Source of the DNA: Marsupella aquatica
Taxonomy: Eukaryota; Plantae; Marchantiophyta
Length of the DNA stretch: 64,000 bases
Direction of reading: 5' to 3'
NCBI GenBank assembly: GCA_973895155.1
Contig: OZ316892.1
Span: 16,172,357-16,236,356, forward strand
This document shows, piece after piece, positions 34,101 through 49,100 of the stretch (position 1 is its first letter; each line of letters opens with the position of its first letter). The position numbers and the translations under genes were made by a program. Under the pieces are notes generated by a model. The model ran no database searches. It saw nothing but the letters and a program-made list of their open reading frames with translations, and was not told the origin of the DNA.

Positions 34101-37100
34101 TGTGGTACTCAATTGTCGCATCCCCCAAACGTATGCACATAATTCCTGCTGATTTGAATATCTGATAGTTTACCAAAGTACTGATGTTAGGTCTCATGCG
34201 GAGAGAGTCTCCAGTTTTCGGCTCTAAGATAACTTCACATAGACAAAAGTGGGCTTGTAATTAAATTTCCAAACTCCATGGTCTAAAGGTTCTACAAGTT
34301 TTTTCCCATGCACAGTAGACCGCAGTATGTTTGTATTAAATAAAACACCTCTTTCATTGCGATCTATCTAGATATCCATCAAGTTCTCAATATACCCCTA
34401 ATGAAATTTGTTCATATATCCTAATTCAAGTATAATTTGGTGAAGATGCAAATTGCTCTCTGATTGCCTCAACCATCACTATTCACCAAACTCCATACCT
34501 GTTTTAGTAACAAAGGTTCTAGGGCAGGATCAAGCTCTTCTCCCACATTTTCCAGAAGCACTGGAAGCCCGAACTGAATAGCATTTTCTAAAGTTCTCAT
34601 ATATCCAGCATCTCCAAGTTTGATGATTTGCAAATTTCTCTCTCTCTCCAAATTTCTTATCCACTTATTGGCCTGGCCCTGCAGAGTGGAAAATTACCTT
34701 AGACACAAGATCTGTGAATCAAAAGCAATTCAGTTTTTGTACGTGCAACAGTGACGGTCAGTGATGTTGCTCTTGTAAGCTAGTACAAGAAAGCGTTTAT
34801 CCTAGAGATGAATGACATCTTCACAACATTGGCATGTACATCGGCTTAATCACCTTGGCTTCCTTATACCACACTAATTATAGTGGGGGGATGTTAAGCA
34901 TAACTAGTTACTATCAAATGTGTCTATTGATATTTGTTGCACATTCCACACAAAGCACTGGATCTAAAGAAAACTCTCATAAAGTCTTACTTGAGGATCA
35001 ATCATCAAAGGCCATCTTCGAGAGTTGGCCACGATTATTCCATTATCCACAGAAACAAAATCATTGGGAAGTCCTGCTATGACCCATTGACGAATGACCA
35101 CAGGACTCCCAAGGGATGCTCTGAATGAAAAATTTGGAGTGTGTGGAATATTTTCCTTCTTTATCAATTGCATCCATGATGTCACGATTTCCTCCCGATA
35201 GCTGCAGTACAAGAAAGTTTCCATCTGATAAGTGGAGCTGAGATTCTGCTACACCTAAACTACATGCTGGTTGCTGTTAACCACTTTTATATCAATAACT
35301 CGTCACGGCACGAATGATACCTATCGATACGTAATTATTAACCCAAACCATGGAGTATTGATCAGCTTCATCCGGGCGGTGATAAACTCAATTTAGTTCT
35401 GCTGGTTTTGATGAGCTACTTAATCAAGCTCTTGACAAAATTGCATTCCACTACAAAAATTGGGGAGTGATAACTACTTACCTGGCTGTAAATGCACCCA
35501 GATAAGCGATGATGCCAGAAGAAACAAGGGCATCACCTATCAAATTCGGGTAGATTTCGGACAAATGTTTAGCTGCTTGTATCCATCGAGTTCTCTCGTC
35601 TCCAAGACCTCCCACTAGTTGCTCGGCTCTTTCAATCTTCACTGTACACATTTTCACTTCATGCTGCCAAGCTCACAAAACATACTCGTTTTACTTACGA
35701 TCTCTCAATCAATATTTAATTAAGGGTCAATGATTAACAATTATGCTCAAGAGTAGAAAAGAAGGTCAAACGAAAATTTCAGAGACCTCTGCTAAATTTT
35801 CAAAAGTCTCTTGAAATGTATTTTTTTTAGTAGAAAATTCCCAAGACCATCTGTGGTGCACATTTATCATGACTAAGCCAAACCTTGGTCACCATCAAGT
35901 GAGAGCACAAACCTGCAGACCTTCCTTCTTTGCCATGTTCACGTCCAGCTCCTTCTCCAATTTTGCTAGTTTGCTGAGAATGTCCTTCAATTGGGCTTGC
36001 TTGTCCCTCAAGCCTGTCATAACCTTCTCATATTCTCCCTCAGCAGCAGCCAACTTTAATTTCTTTGGAGCCACAACCTTGGCAACTGTATCATATTTAT
36101 CCATTGCAATTACCCACTTGCAAAGTCCTTCAGCAGCAGTGGATGCATTGGCAGCCTTTGCTGGAGTAAAGTCAGGGTTGTTGGTATATGTAGATCGAAT
36201 TTTAGCCATAACTTTGGGGTCAATGTTATCCTTGTCATAGTCCTTCAGATTTGTCAAAAAATCCTTGTTGTTCAGCAGCAAAACTGAAGGCTTCCAATAA
36301 TCCATAAGTGATCCGCCTTTTCCATCTGGAACCTTAGCTGGTTTGACCTCTAGAATCACACAAACAGCCTCCATAACCAATTTTATTGCTGCAGGAGGAT
36401 TGGTTAATTTCTTCACATAGTTTATATCGTTTACAGTTAGAGTGTCGAGAGCTGCCAATGCATCATTGAGTATAGGCATTGCAACCGACAAAGCCGCCTC
36501 ACACTCATCTTTTATGACCTTAGCTTCAGTTGCCTGTTTCAAAGCTTCTGCTTCGTCGAAAAGAACAATTTGCTTTTGAGGTTCCACCTTCTCTTGTTTT
36601 TCCTTCTCCACAATTGCCATGAGTTTCTCAACTTCTGCAACCTGTAAAATTGGGGAGCTTGATTTTGCTTTAGAAATCGTCAATAAATTGCGTTTGGGAG
36701 CTGCAAATTGTCCACCACTGCTCTAAATTTGGGTACTAGTACTAGCTGACAACATAAACTTAGCCAACTTTGGAAGGAGTTCCCTTAGGATTTGTACCGT
36801 GACAATGAGCTTGGGCATAAGAGCCTTGAGTTCCTTTTGCATGACCGCGACTTGTTGAGCACTTGAAGCAAGCTTGTCAAGTCCTGTTTCGTACCTTGCT
36901 CTATTTTTCAAGTTCTCTGTCCGATTTTTGGTTAGTAGTGTCTGCAATCAACCATTTGAGCAAACCACACATTTAGCAAAATTCACAATCAGACAGAGTT
37001 GTTCTTTTGGGGTCCAACGATCAGACAAATCAAACTAATTTTACAAATGAAGATGAGTTTATCCACTCAAAGAATATTGTGCAAGATGAACCCCAAAATT

Positions 37101-40100
37101 CTTGTTTATAGGGGCTTGGGATGATAGATTACCTGAAAAGTATTGATGAGCTCAAGATAAGATGTAGGAGTTAAGTAGTTATGACGCCCCAACTTAAGCT
37201 TGAATGTCAAAGAGTAACTACGCACCATTTCATGGAAAGCCTGTAAATAGCAATGACAGACTATGGTCTTCATTTTAACTCAACATCAGACTATACAAGA
37301 GCCTGAAGGTCAAACTGATCTGAAATACAAGCTGTTTGTCTTCTTTGAAAGGAACACTAAGCCCCTTGCGTTTTCTGTCCAAATTTATGGTAAAATTTTC
37401 ATTGCACAGTAAGATTCGATCACTGATTTAATAGTATTAATTGCTATTCTCCAAGTTTTGGAAGGAAACCTTAAGATACAATATAATCAGGGTTCACTTG
37501 ATAATTCACCTTGCAAATCTGGATAATGCAATGCCTGATTCTATCTTCAAGGTCCATATCTTTCAAGAATTTGTGAGCCACTGCTTCAAGAGCATCGTTT
37601 GGCCATTCCTGTTAAGATCAACTGAAATTTAGTGCTACATTTCCAACTTCATCGAGACCTAGAGAAACTAGGGAAGATACTACAAGTCTCAACCGAGGCA
37701 TGTTTTCAGTGCTTTGTGACGTGATACAGGAAAGTGCTGGGACAAGTGTGTTCCAGCAGGTGCTCCCAAGGTCAGGAAAGGCATCAAATGGAATTGTACC
37801 TGAAACCAATCTATAGTGCAGCAGTTCACCAGTGAGGGGAATTGTCTAAGACGGTCCTTGAATGCCTGACCAACAGGACTCATACAAAACATAATATGCA
37901 GGTTCTGCTTGCATTTATTAACAAAGTAACTCCAAATTTCCATCCTCGTCTCCAACAAAACCCCTTCCTTGGCAGCTTTGTCCCTTGATATTTCTACGAT
38001 GATTGCCTTCTCATCCGCGGGAAACATGTTTGGAACCTGAGCCCAACAAATGTCAAAGATACTTAACTCTCCCTTTTTCTGGATTCAGTAGGGATTCCCA
38101 CTGTTCAACACACATTGTCAATACAATACTTGCCCAAGTTCTGAAATAGTGGGAACAACAATATGTACTAGCAAAACCGGTATAATTTTGTTTGCTCAAA
38201 CTAGGCCTTTGGACAACAGATAGTTCAAAATAACTAATGAATCAGTACATATGGTCTAAGACGATTTCACATGTCGAGGTCGAAATGGGATCGGGTGTTT
38301 TCGCATCTTACCATAGTGCCCGGCTCTAAAAAAGTTTGATCTTTTCAAAAAAACAATCTAATTTACTCGTGTTTTGGAACTATCTCTTGACAACTTAGAT
38401 GTCCATCAAATGCAAAATCTACAGATTTCAAAGGCTTACTTGGCTGCCGCCACTAATACCAAAGTGCAATTCGTTCATTAGTTAGTTCATTCATGCATTG
38501 CTACATTCTGAGGTGTATAAGTGGGTTTCCTTGCCTACAGGCAGGGAGGTGTGTGCTTCACTACTTGCATCGAATATCCTCCTCAGGGGTATTATTTGAC
38601 ATAAAAGTTTAGCTAGTTTACCCCTAAGGTGATTCAAAATTTGCAGTTTGCCACACTTTATGGAATAATCATTAAGATGGCACGTATTTGCCACTCTTTT
38701 GAAATTGGTGTTGGTTCCTACTTCTTCCCAGATTTCAGTCTATCCAGTCTAAAGCATAGAGGAGTTAATAGTTAACTTATATTTCCTGCCAAGGCTGAAG
38801 TGGTTGCTAACCATGGTTCGGAAGATTGGCAATCTGACAAAATTAAAAAGTGTGGCAGAACGAAAATTTTGAAAGTCCTTCAGTTGCAAACTAGTAAATT
38901 GTCAACTTTGACAAACCACTAACATGGGGTGCTCTATGATGCTTAGAAGCTGAGGTACTGCATGTGCTTAGAGTACTTGAGGCTTTTGAGTTTGGAGAAA
39001 TGGCAAGGACAAGTTATGAGATCATCCAATCAGTTTGCTTAGCGAGTCCATCGCTAGAATGGAGAGCATGATAGACAAGGCACTTGAGAAAGCATCCTTA
39101 GGATTATTCAGATCAAAGTTGCAGAGCTCAAGACTGAGAGAGATGTCATAGCTGGTTTCATAGTATCAAAGCTATTGCATCAGTTATTAAGCAACAAAGT
39201 GCAGCACCTGAACCATCAACATTCACTCAATCCAAGAAACTTAGCTGAAAAGCTGACAACTGATGCAAAAGCATGAAGTTTTCCAACGGTTATCATGAAA
39301 CAACGCAGTAATGGATGTGATAATTCCTATGACTTAAGGACAGTCGTTGGAGAACATAGCCAGCATGTCATGAAATACTGTTCATACATTTAAAAATAGA
39401 ATGACACACTATTTAGAACCGTGCTGTGATAGTGTGTTAGTGGCCTTGTTGAGGATCACTTGGTTTATTGAAATATACCTCTCCTGAGTTTAGTAGGTTA
39501 TTTATGTCTTCTACAAATCCTTCATCTGTGATTTGAGTGTCACTAAATAAGAATACGGACGGGCGACCAGGATCTGCACCAGATCTTTTAAGCATTTTCA
39601 TCAAATCCTCTCTCCATTCAACTTTCGTATAGCCCTTGCTAATTTCAACCTGCGCCATTCTTGAAACAAAGTCAGTTTGGAATTTAACTACTCAGTACAA
39701 TGAGATTTTCTGACTACTTTGGTAAACATTCAGTTGAAAATTTACAAGTAGCATTGTGCTGTTTGGTTTTATACACTTATATCGGTTCTTTCAAAGACAA
39801 CCAGTCGATGATAGAAATAGTAGATGAAGACTGCTGCGCTGTGATCCTTCACTGATGGAACTTATCATTAGTCACCTGAAACACTTCCATAGCATATATT
39901 GAGGCAGAGAGCCGTGTAAGACTTTGCCTGCCACTTCCACCAACCCCTACAAGTAGCATGTGTCCACCTGGCTGTTTCAATATTCTACATATTCGGGATA
40001 CGTGCTCCACTGCAAATAAGAAAATTGCAAGATTCATCGGCCGTTTGCTCACTCCATTGAAATCCTTCAGATAGTTTTCAACCACTGAGATCAAGTTTGG

Positions 40101-43100
40101 AATATCCAATATTTCATTGTACAACCGGTTGTCTGGATCTTCGATCACAAAGTCCCCAAAAAAACACCTATTGAGTAAGTTACAATGATGGAAGTTAATC
40201 CCTTTCAATCATTGCAACTTCTACAACTAGAAGCCAATACCCTAGAAACAGATCCATTCCGAGCAATCGTTGACTCATTCCAAAACATGGCTAGCACATG
40301 TGAATCATCTACATGAAAAGGAGGTCAATACTAAGATTTGCAACAATCTCCCAAGTCTAACAGAAATTATGTAAGAGATACATAGTTCCAGAAGTTTATT
40401 TTATCAAAACTCAATCAATTTCTGGCGCCTTTGCTTGAAATAATGTATGGTGCTAATCAGGAATAGCAAGAGACTATGTTCAAGCACGCTAAACCAAACA
40501 TGGCAAAAAAGTACCCTTATCAATGGACCCACTAGATACGATTCAAATTCTACACGTCTTGATTGACAACTTCAGTGTAACTTAAACACGATGGACTCAT
40601 TCTCACGGTATCGCGATAATCTCGTGAAAAAATGCTCTTTAGCTTTCTTCGCTTGAAGATCGATAAATGTGTTATGCACCGACGAATAACTTGTTAAACA
40701 TTTATGCCCCAGGGACTCATCCGAGAGAACTTCATCCCAACTTTCTTTCTCTTTCAGAAGTTTAAAAAGGTCAGGACCTCGCGATTTACCCGAAGATGCC
40801 CCACTTGCTCCAATAGCTTCTATTGTGTCTCACTGCGGGGTTGGAGCCAGGGCCCAGGGGGCGGCCACCACGAAACCAAAGGCCTGTCCGGCAGAATAGA
40901 GGGAAAGAGCCTATGTGCCTAAACAGGTGTTACCCTGCCCGAAGTTACTTTCTCTAACCCATACGAAGGCCCCGAACCAGACGTGCGAGATTTCCCTGCA
41001 TCCGGCTGCGGCTATCCGATCCTCGGGCTCTGGAAAGCTCGGCCGAGTTGAAGCAGGCTCGACAGGCACGTGTATCAAGGGGATAAAATGAAATCGATAA
41101 ATGTAGCTCCGAAGATTCGAAAAAGACTGACTCTGTAGCAAGAAATAACGTTCTTGGCTAGAACTTTCTTTCGGAGTCCGTAGACTCCAAGTACACGCCC
41201 GTTTTAGCCCGCACATCCTCCACGCAGAAGGTATTAGGTCCCGTGTCGGCCGGGTTCTGTTTCTCAGCGCATCCACCGGATAATTCATTCCGGGTTTTCC
41301 ACCTCCATCTCCGCGCTCGCGGCGGCCACCGAGTACAGCGAACTGTAGTTGTGTCTTTGGAGGGATCCGCCGAAGGAGCTTGCCGCGCTCGTACGAGGAT
41401 CGACATTTCTTAACGCCAAGCTTATAATCCCCGCAGGCAACCGCCCCCCCCCTGCCCATGCTCTACCTTTCTCACAAGCCAGGGCTACCCGATACCCGCA
41501 GGGGGGAGGGGTGAAGCAAATAGCTGCTTCGCCCCTCTCCCATTTTTAGGATTGATGAGTTGCTAAGAAGCTCTGCGTAAATTTCTGGCAAAAGATATCG
41601 AATTTGGTTACCTTCTCAGTTCAAATTGAGTGACAGCAGAGGACTTTCCCGTCACCAGGTGGGAGAACAAGTCGTCAAAATTTTGCTTAAAATATTTCTT
41701 GGTCAACTCTTTTATCAAATTGAGAAGCCATTCCCGGTCATGATCATCGACCAGTCTATCATAGAAAACTCTAAGGACCTCATGTGCCCAGAGCCTTCTA
41801 TATTGCTTCAATCCTGCCTCACCTTCAGGAACTGTCACAGGTTCTTGCAACATGAGTCCCTGCTCAATAACATCATCTGATCAGAAGATATCATAGAACC
41901 AGATATGAACCAGGCCACATTTGTACTTATCTCCCTTAACTCAGCAGCGGTACTCTAAGCTATCCAAATGCCACGAAGAAGACCTATCAAGAGTGTATGA
42001 GAAGGTGGCAGAGAAGCGATCTCACCTGAATCACTCTAGCATAATCTCTAAGGTTAAAAGTATAGTGAGACTTTGCAGGGGTGGGCAGAAGCTTGCTTTT
42101 GGAAGAGTCATAGACATCCATAGTTGCATTTATCACATCTAAAGATGTGAGAGACACTTGACTTGAAAAGTTGTTCTTGATAGTTAAGTGCCAGTCGAGA
42201 ATAGTTGAAAAGATTAGTCGCAAAGAATCACCTGACACCTGGAACAAGTGAAATCACAACTTTATTTCCATAAAAGAAAATTTTCATGACAGTCCTATTT
42301 TTCTTTTGTTATCCCCGGCTACTGTTGCTGATGCACTAGTACAACACAATACTCATGTTGACCAAGCACCTTATCATTATGATGTGTGCACTTCGGCATA
42401 TCAAGAGAAAGGGATTGTGAATGGAAATCGTTGATGACTTACACAAGAACTATTGACAGATAAATATATCACTTCTTCTCCTATATTTTCAATTTAGAAC
42501 ATAGGATACATTGATATATAAACAAAAGGGGTCCCGGGAGTGGTCCAGACTTATCTCCAATGCCAACTCCACGATGGCTTCTTAATTACCTGTGAGACCC
42601 CAACCTGGTTAAAGTGCCTCATGTACCGTTGCGTCACCAGGTTTCTTCCTCCTCCAGGAGGACCCATGGCGGATACAAATTGCACATCAATAATATTTCG
42701 GAAGACACAATCTCTCCCATACCATCCCCCAAAATCCATGTATTGCCTCAGGAGCTCAATGGGAGGCTGCGCTCCATAAACTTCAGGCTGCAACATGCCA
42801 ACAGTCATGCACATGTTGTATGTTAATAATCTCTGATTTTTCTCAATACCGGTCTGTTGTAAAATGACATTCAAATGAAATGAATCTCAATAGTCTACCC
42901 AAGACTATTCAGTCGAAAGAAATAATCCATTCCTAAATTTTTTCCTGGCATCCTGTTAGATTGAGCAACTCAGTTTGTTGAGTTAATCTGGGGCGAACAA
43001 ACCTTTTCTAATAACTCAGGGGATCATTTGCAATGTAATACATCAATAACTAAGTTATCTATGTCGACAGGCAGATTAGGCCGACTTCAGCAATGTTAAT

Positions 43101-46100
43101 CATTGAAGTATATCAACGCGTGGTGTTATCCTCAAGGCCCCAACGACAGTTAGCAATACAGAAGAGTAAAGCAAGCTTTCTGGTTTAAGACTTTAACCTG
43201 TGGCATATTCAAGTCATCAACAAATATGATACATTTTTTCCCAGCAGGTGGCCCAAACGTCGCTCTCCTCCTCCGATCCAGTTGCCCATCAATTTGACTT
43301 TGAACCATGTTGGCAGATGTTCGTGCCGAGAAGCACACAAGAATGGTGTTGAACTTTTCTTTCGAAAGCCCTTTAAGAAGATGCCGGTTTACATAGACAG
43401 ACTTACCAGTGCCTGTTCCACCGACCAGCAAGAAGGGCGACCCATACATAATAGCTTTGTCAAGTAGAAAAGTATACCTCATTTGATCCTTCGTGGGTAT
43501 GATCAGCTGATCAAAAGTAGCTTCTTCTGGTATTTCCATTGGCACTATAGTGTCGGTCCATAACTTCCACTTGCCAGTCACTTTATCAAACATAAAATCG
43601 TGAATTTGGGCATTTTCAAGACCAGGAATCATTGGAGCAATCAACGATTCATGAGTTGATGGTATAGCTAGTTCGTAACCAAGAGGTATAAGCCCTGCGA
43701 CCAATTTTCTTAGGAATGTGTCAAAACCTAGTCTAGCATCAGTCTCACCTGTGGCACAAATCGACCAAACTAGGGCGAACAAAAATAGAGAATCAATCCA
43801 CACTCCAAACTTTTCTAAACCAAGTGACTTAATTCCTTCCTCTGTCTTGATCTCATCAATCAAGCTGTAAAATGTTCGCATCAAACTCACGACCAAGGCA
43901 GTATCTCCAGTTGGGGAAATTTCCTTCACATTCTTTCGAACATATCGAAGACAAGCATTGATCAACCATTCAAAGAGTCCACGTAAATGTGCCTTGGTCG
44001 TTGCCGGAAAACATGCTGGCAATGTGCTAATCCACGAAACCATAAGTGGATGCCAACCCAACTGATGAGGTTCTAGATACACCATTCCACAGCGGCTCAC
44101 TGTGGCTGGTGACGCGACAGCAAGATCCCCTACCTGTTCATAACCGACAAAATTCAGTCTTAAATGAGATTCTTTACAGATTTTTGCATCGACGCCATTT
44201 CTTTCATGTTTCACACTCCTGGCCCCGACTTTTACTGCCAGGAGAAAAGAAGCTCATAAAAGCGAAGTACGTAACATGGAAATCTTTCATGGGATTGTTC
44301 AGACACAAAATCTCGTGAAAGAATTCCAGGACCGATTATTAATAGTCCATTCATGCAATGAGTTCCACTGTCCCTTGCTACATATTAGTTATACAGCGCT
44401 TGCCTCAAAAATCATGTTCATAGATGGCGACATCTGAATGATTTCACTGTTTGGAAGGCATAGCTTCTTGTTGTCATCCAGCACGGTATTCATGTTCTCA
44501 ATCCATATCGCATCCACTGGACCATCCAAGACCAGCCATTTGCGATCCTTGGATGGATTGGAAGCCTGTTCCCGAAATCTAACAGCTAATACGCCATCAG
44601 CCCACTCCTGGGTTATTGGATCAGGTTGTCCATACAGCTGCCCCATTGTAACTGATTTAGGATTGACAGTTGCAACCTGTATCACCACCAGGAGAGTATA
44701 TATGCCAGTCAACAGTAAGATCAATCCTTAGACGCGGAACTTCACCAGCCTTAGAGAGTACCAGAAAAATAATTTGGAATAAAAATCTTGTGGATGCAGA
44801 CAAGAAGGTGAGAATTTGGCACTCCTTGTTCAATGAATTGCAACAGTGACTAAGCGAATTTCTGTTAATAAACTGCAAAACTCAGACATCAAATTTGGAA
44901 CCTACCAAAACAGCTCGCTCAGAATTGTTTCCCCAGGATGCCATGTCTGTAAGAGCTCTCTGCAGAACTCTTATGCAGCATGTCTTTCCAGCAAATGAAA
45001 GGCCAACAAGCATCAGTCCATGTCGGACAATAATCATCTCATACAACTGAATTATCTTAGTCATGAAGTAGGCAGTTGGCTGCAGATTCATTGAAGCGCA
45101 GTTCTGCTTGATGGCTTTGTCAATGAGGGAGTAGTCTGGGGGTGGCAATATTACTCCAGGAAACAAATCCGACACAATGCCATTGAAGAGAGGAACATCT
45201 TGAGACAAAAACTTGCATAGGTTAACATCAATGATTGATCGCAGCATCAGAACAAGTTCATCTTCTTCAGGGTATCTTTGCTTTAAGTTTGTCGCTGCTC
45301 GAAGCACAGCTATGACAGCTCTCATACCATAATCATAATGTTCTTGACTTGACAGTTGTTCACTGCAAAGCCGATAAGTCGCAACAATTTTTCGAGCACA
45401 GTCCCTGGCCTGTAAACAAATTGTCAGTACAACTAAGCGATCATTTCGATATCAGAGACGTGACTCAGCCTATGATAGAGCTCTCCGCTGCAACGTAACC
45501 TCTGAAAAAGGCAGTTGTTCCTCGATTACTTATTAAGCTATCGGGAACAGGACTATGAATATAACATAAAGAATGACCAAGATTAAAATAGATCTTACTT
45601 TTGGTTGATTCATCCGAATAGAAAAATGAAAAACAGAAGTAGCTAGGTGTTGCTGGAATGAACTAGAGTGAGTTGCAAATCAATTTCCAAAAAAAATTAA
45701 AATTCGAAACTGCTGTGATGCAATGAATGCCCAATGTGATGTTGCTGGAACCTCAATTGAAAATAACACTTTACTAATAGAAAGATATTCCTTGAGACTT
45801 TTTCGCTGTCAAGGGGAGGTATAGCAACCGTTTTCATACCAAAAGGTAGCCACCACTGTAAAGACTTATTTCACTGATCATGGCATAGTCAGGAACCATC
45901 ATAGCAACGGTGCGGAATAGAGCCTTCAGGTTGTCTGGAAGCTCACTACGACCAGCATATCCAGGATTCATTGTAATAAATACATTGCATGTAAGCTTGA
46001 GATTAAGTTCTGTGCCTTCAAAAGTGAATACCTTCACTTTGTTTTGTACAGCAATCTGTATTTCAAGCACCTGATTGCCAAGGGGAACAGCCGCGACGAC

Positions 46101-49100
46101 AATTGATTAGGACCATTTGACTCCTGGCACCCCATGTAAGAAAAGACACTGACAAGTCATACAAAGTCAATTTAAATTGAATTAGGCAGCGTAGAAAGTG
46201 TGCAAAGGAGCGGTCTACTATAGGAAAAAGCTAATATTTAACAAGAATATAAAGAAGTGAATGGAAGGAAATTGTGATAGCTAGTGCTCGTAACAACGAT
46301 GAACTAGGTTACAGAGAAACATACAAGAGGATCTAAAAAACAGAAACAGTTGTGGAACGGATAAAATGAAACAAAACATATTTCGTTAGTTCAGAGGGCT
46401 GTTCAATTCACTCACCTGCTGCGCAATAACTGAAAGCACCTCTAGATCTATTCGATTGAATTCATCAAAGCAAGACCAAGCACCCGAAGATGCAAGACCC
46501 TTGAAAAACTTGGCCATGGCCAAATAATCCAGGCTATCACTGCAGTTGAAAACAACACATTGCCGGGCAAGAGCCTGCAAGAGCAAGATGAACCTGTAAA
46601 ATGATTATTCTCCTTTCGATGAATGACCACATCTAGGTTGGTTCTTGAACCTAGTCACAGAAATCTTCCAGAAAACATAGCAAAGAATACTAGGAAGAAC
46701 TTTTGAAGATAACTTATAGTAGAAGTAGACAATATAGAGAACCAGTAGTAGGGCCGAGATGCCATAAAAAAACTACCAGAAACCGGACATTCCGTTCTGG
46801 TCCACAGAGTAAATGCAAAAATTCTGAGGACATAAATACTCATCCAAAACAAGTATGTACATGAAATCATAATGAACATCTAGGGAAGTGCTGCAGAGAT
46901 TGATTCTTGCAGGTGCAATCCCCGGTTTGTCACTCCCTCTGGTTGATTGCCAATTGGACAGATGCAATCTATACAGTCCAGGACTAGACAAGTCTGCTGT
47001 ACCTTGGCTAGATCCTTGGTTGTCTCTGTCTTTCCAGTCCCTGCAGGTCCCTCTGGAGCACCACCTAAGCCCAAGTGAATGGCTCCCATCAGCGTCCGAT
47101 AGCATCTGTCTGTCAAAGGTGTAATTACAAGTCTGCTAGAGTTTCCCAGATATTCGTATCCATACTCGGCTCCAGCTGTCATCATCCGAACCCAAGAAGT
47201 GTTTTGTTCCCAATACATACGAAGTTGACTTTGCCATAAGAAGTCCGCTTCCTTGCTCACTCTCTCTGTCGCTAGTAAGGCAATAGTATCCCTAGCGTGG
47301 ACATCCATGACTACAAGGGCACTCAGAGTCATTCGGTTCAAGCTGGTCAGTTGTCCTCGTACCAGCTCTACTATTTTACCAAGTTGTGTTGTGCATGTTT
47401 TCTCAAATTCAGCTACTGTCTCCCCACCGGCCAATATAGCTTCTGTTGTTGCTCTTGTCCAATAAATGGCGCTCACTACGAGAACGACTTGGCCAGGCCA
47501 CTCCACAACCCACTGCTCACGCGCAGTGATAGCATATGCTGTGACAGCCTTGAGGCATTGATCTTGAACTGCAAGAAGCATCTGCTCCTCCACCTGAACT
47601 TGGAGGCAGATTCAGGACACAGATCAACTGCTGCACAGTCCCTGATGGTCGCAATCCTAATTAGAGACCTTCTTAAGAGTGACTATGTTTCTTTGATGTA
47701 ATCGAGTCCACACCGTTAGAATACCTTCTTAATCCAGCAATTTAAGCATTGGTCAAGATAGGAGTTAACCAGCTGAGGAGTGTTCAAACAGCTAATTACA
47801 GGTACAAATTGATTGATAACCGTATCCAAGATTGATCTTCAATTTGTTTATTGTTGAACTGAGTTGGGTTCCCAGTAAACAGTTTTTCAGTTATGGCGAC
47901 TTTCAAACACATCTTTAGAACTGTTATTAACTAAGAAAGAAACTTGCCGTTAATAGCCACTTTTCAACTGCTCCTTGTGCAGTTTGTGGGTTGAATTTAT
48001 CCACAAATTGCACCTTCTCTCCTTCAGCTGAAATCATTGCAGTAATGTCCAAGTTGTTTTCAAATCTAAGTGAGTCAATTCCTTCAAAGCATTTCTTCAA
48101 ATGTGGTTGAACTCGCAAAGGATCTTTAGTTTCGGAGAGGATTTCAAGCATCTCATCGTTAGATAAAAAGAAGAAGCGAGGAAAAGCAACTCGTTTCACC
48201 TGGGAAATGCAAGGATTTGAAAGCTTCAATAACAGGGATTAATTGCTTCAGAGAAATTCTCGACCATGATCATTTTGGCCTCTAGAACCAAATTTCTACA
48301 CTAGTAGAGCTACTTCTGCAATTCTGATACTGTGAATAATCCACTGTTTGGTAATTGCTTAGGAAGATCTAATCAAATTGGGCAAGAAACCTGGACAGTG
48401 GCTCAGATATTGGCTCAACTCGTAAGTTGCTGATTGGATCTCATTTCCAGGTCATGCTCAAGACAGAGCCAAGAGCCAACCTTCTTAATGGGGATACTCG
48501 CTTAATTACTGTCACCGTGCATCTCATAAGATAGGAAGGAATGGGCCCTTGAAATCCTTTGTGCTGTGAAATATGGTTTACCATGAACATGAAGTGTGGC
48601 GCTTTACTTCTAACATTCCTACAGATTTTCACTGTACACTACAAATTGCAATTTCTTACCTCCAAGTATTGTGCCAAGCCCTTGTTTATAACTTCCAAAA
48701 GCCTGTTAGCTTCTATCAGTTTTGTGAGCCTCTCAGGGTCCTTAGCAGCAACTAATGCTCCAGGGTTCAAACTTGTTTTCTTCATGACATCACGCCATGT
48801 TTGATCCACCGTTTGAAATAACTCACCTTCCATTGGCATTTGCCTCATGATGTCCCTGGAGCCAAAAATGGGCCCTAAATACTGCCATGTTGCTTGACAC
48901 TCGACCCAATTATCAACAAGACTCTGCACCAGCAAACACATAGGGTATATAAATTACACCACAATCCATAATTGCTTGTACAGGTCCTGCTTGCCACCAG
49001 GAAAAAAGATTGGCATGCAAAATACTAAGGGAATACACCCACTCGGACACTCTCTTGTAGCAGTCTCTACCTGATGATCGGGATTTGGATTTAATAGACT

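Noticed and set aside
38900-39280. Coding-like fragment (…[18 protein letters not shown]…) in a 1.4-kb dynein intron
   Set aside because: Broken by stops and frameshifts and not assignable to a family; probably a transposon remnant.
40911-41459. 182-aa ORF in the intron insert, as a possible maturase or nested gene
   Set aside because: No RT or maturase motifs; a long ORF is expected by chance in GC-rich structured sequence.
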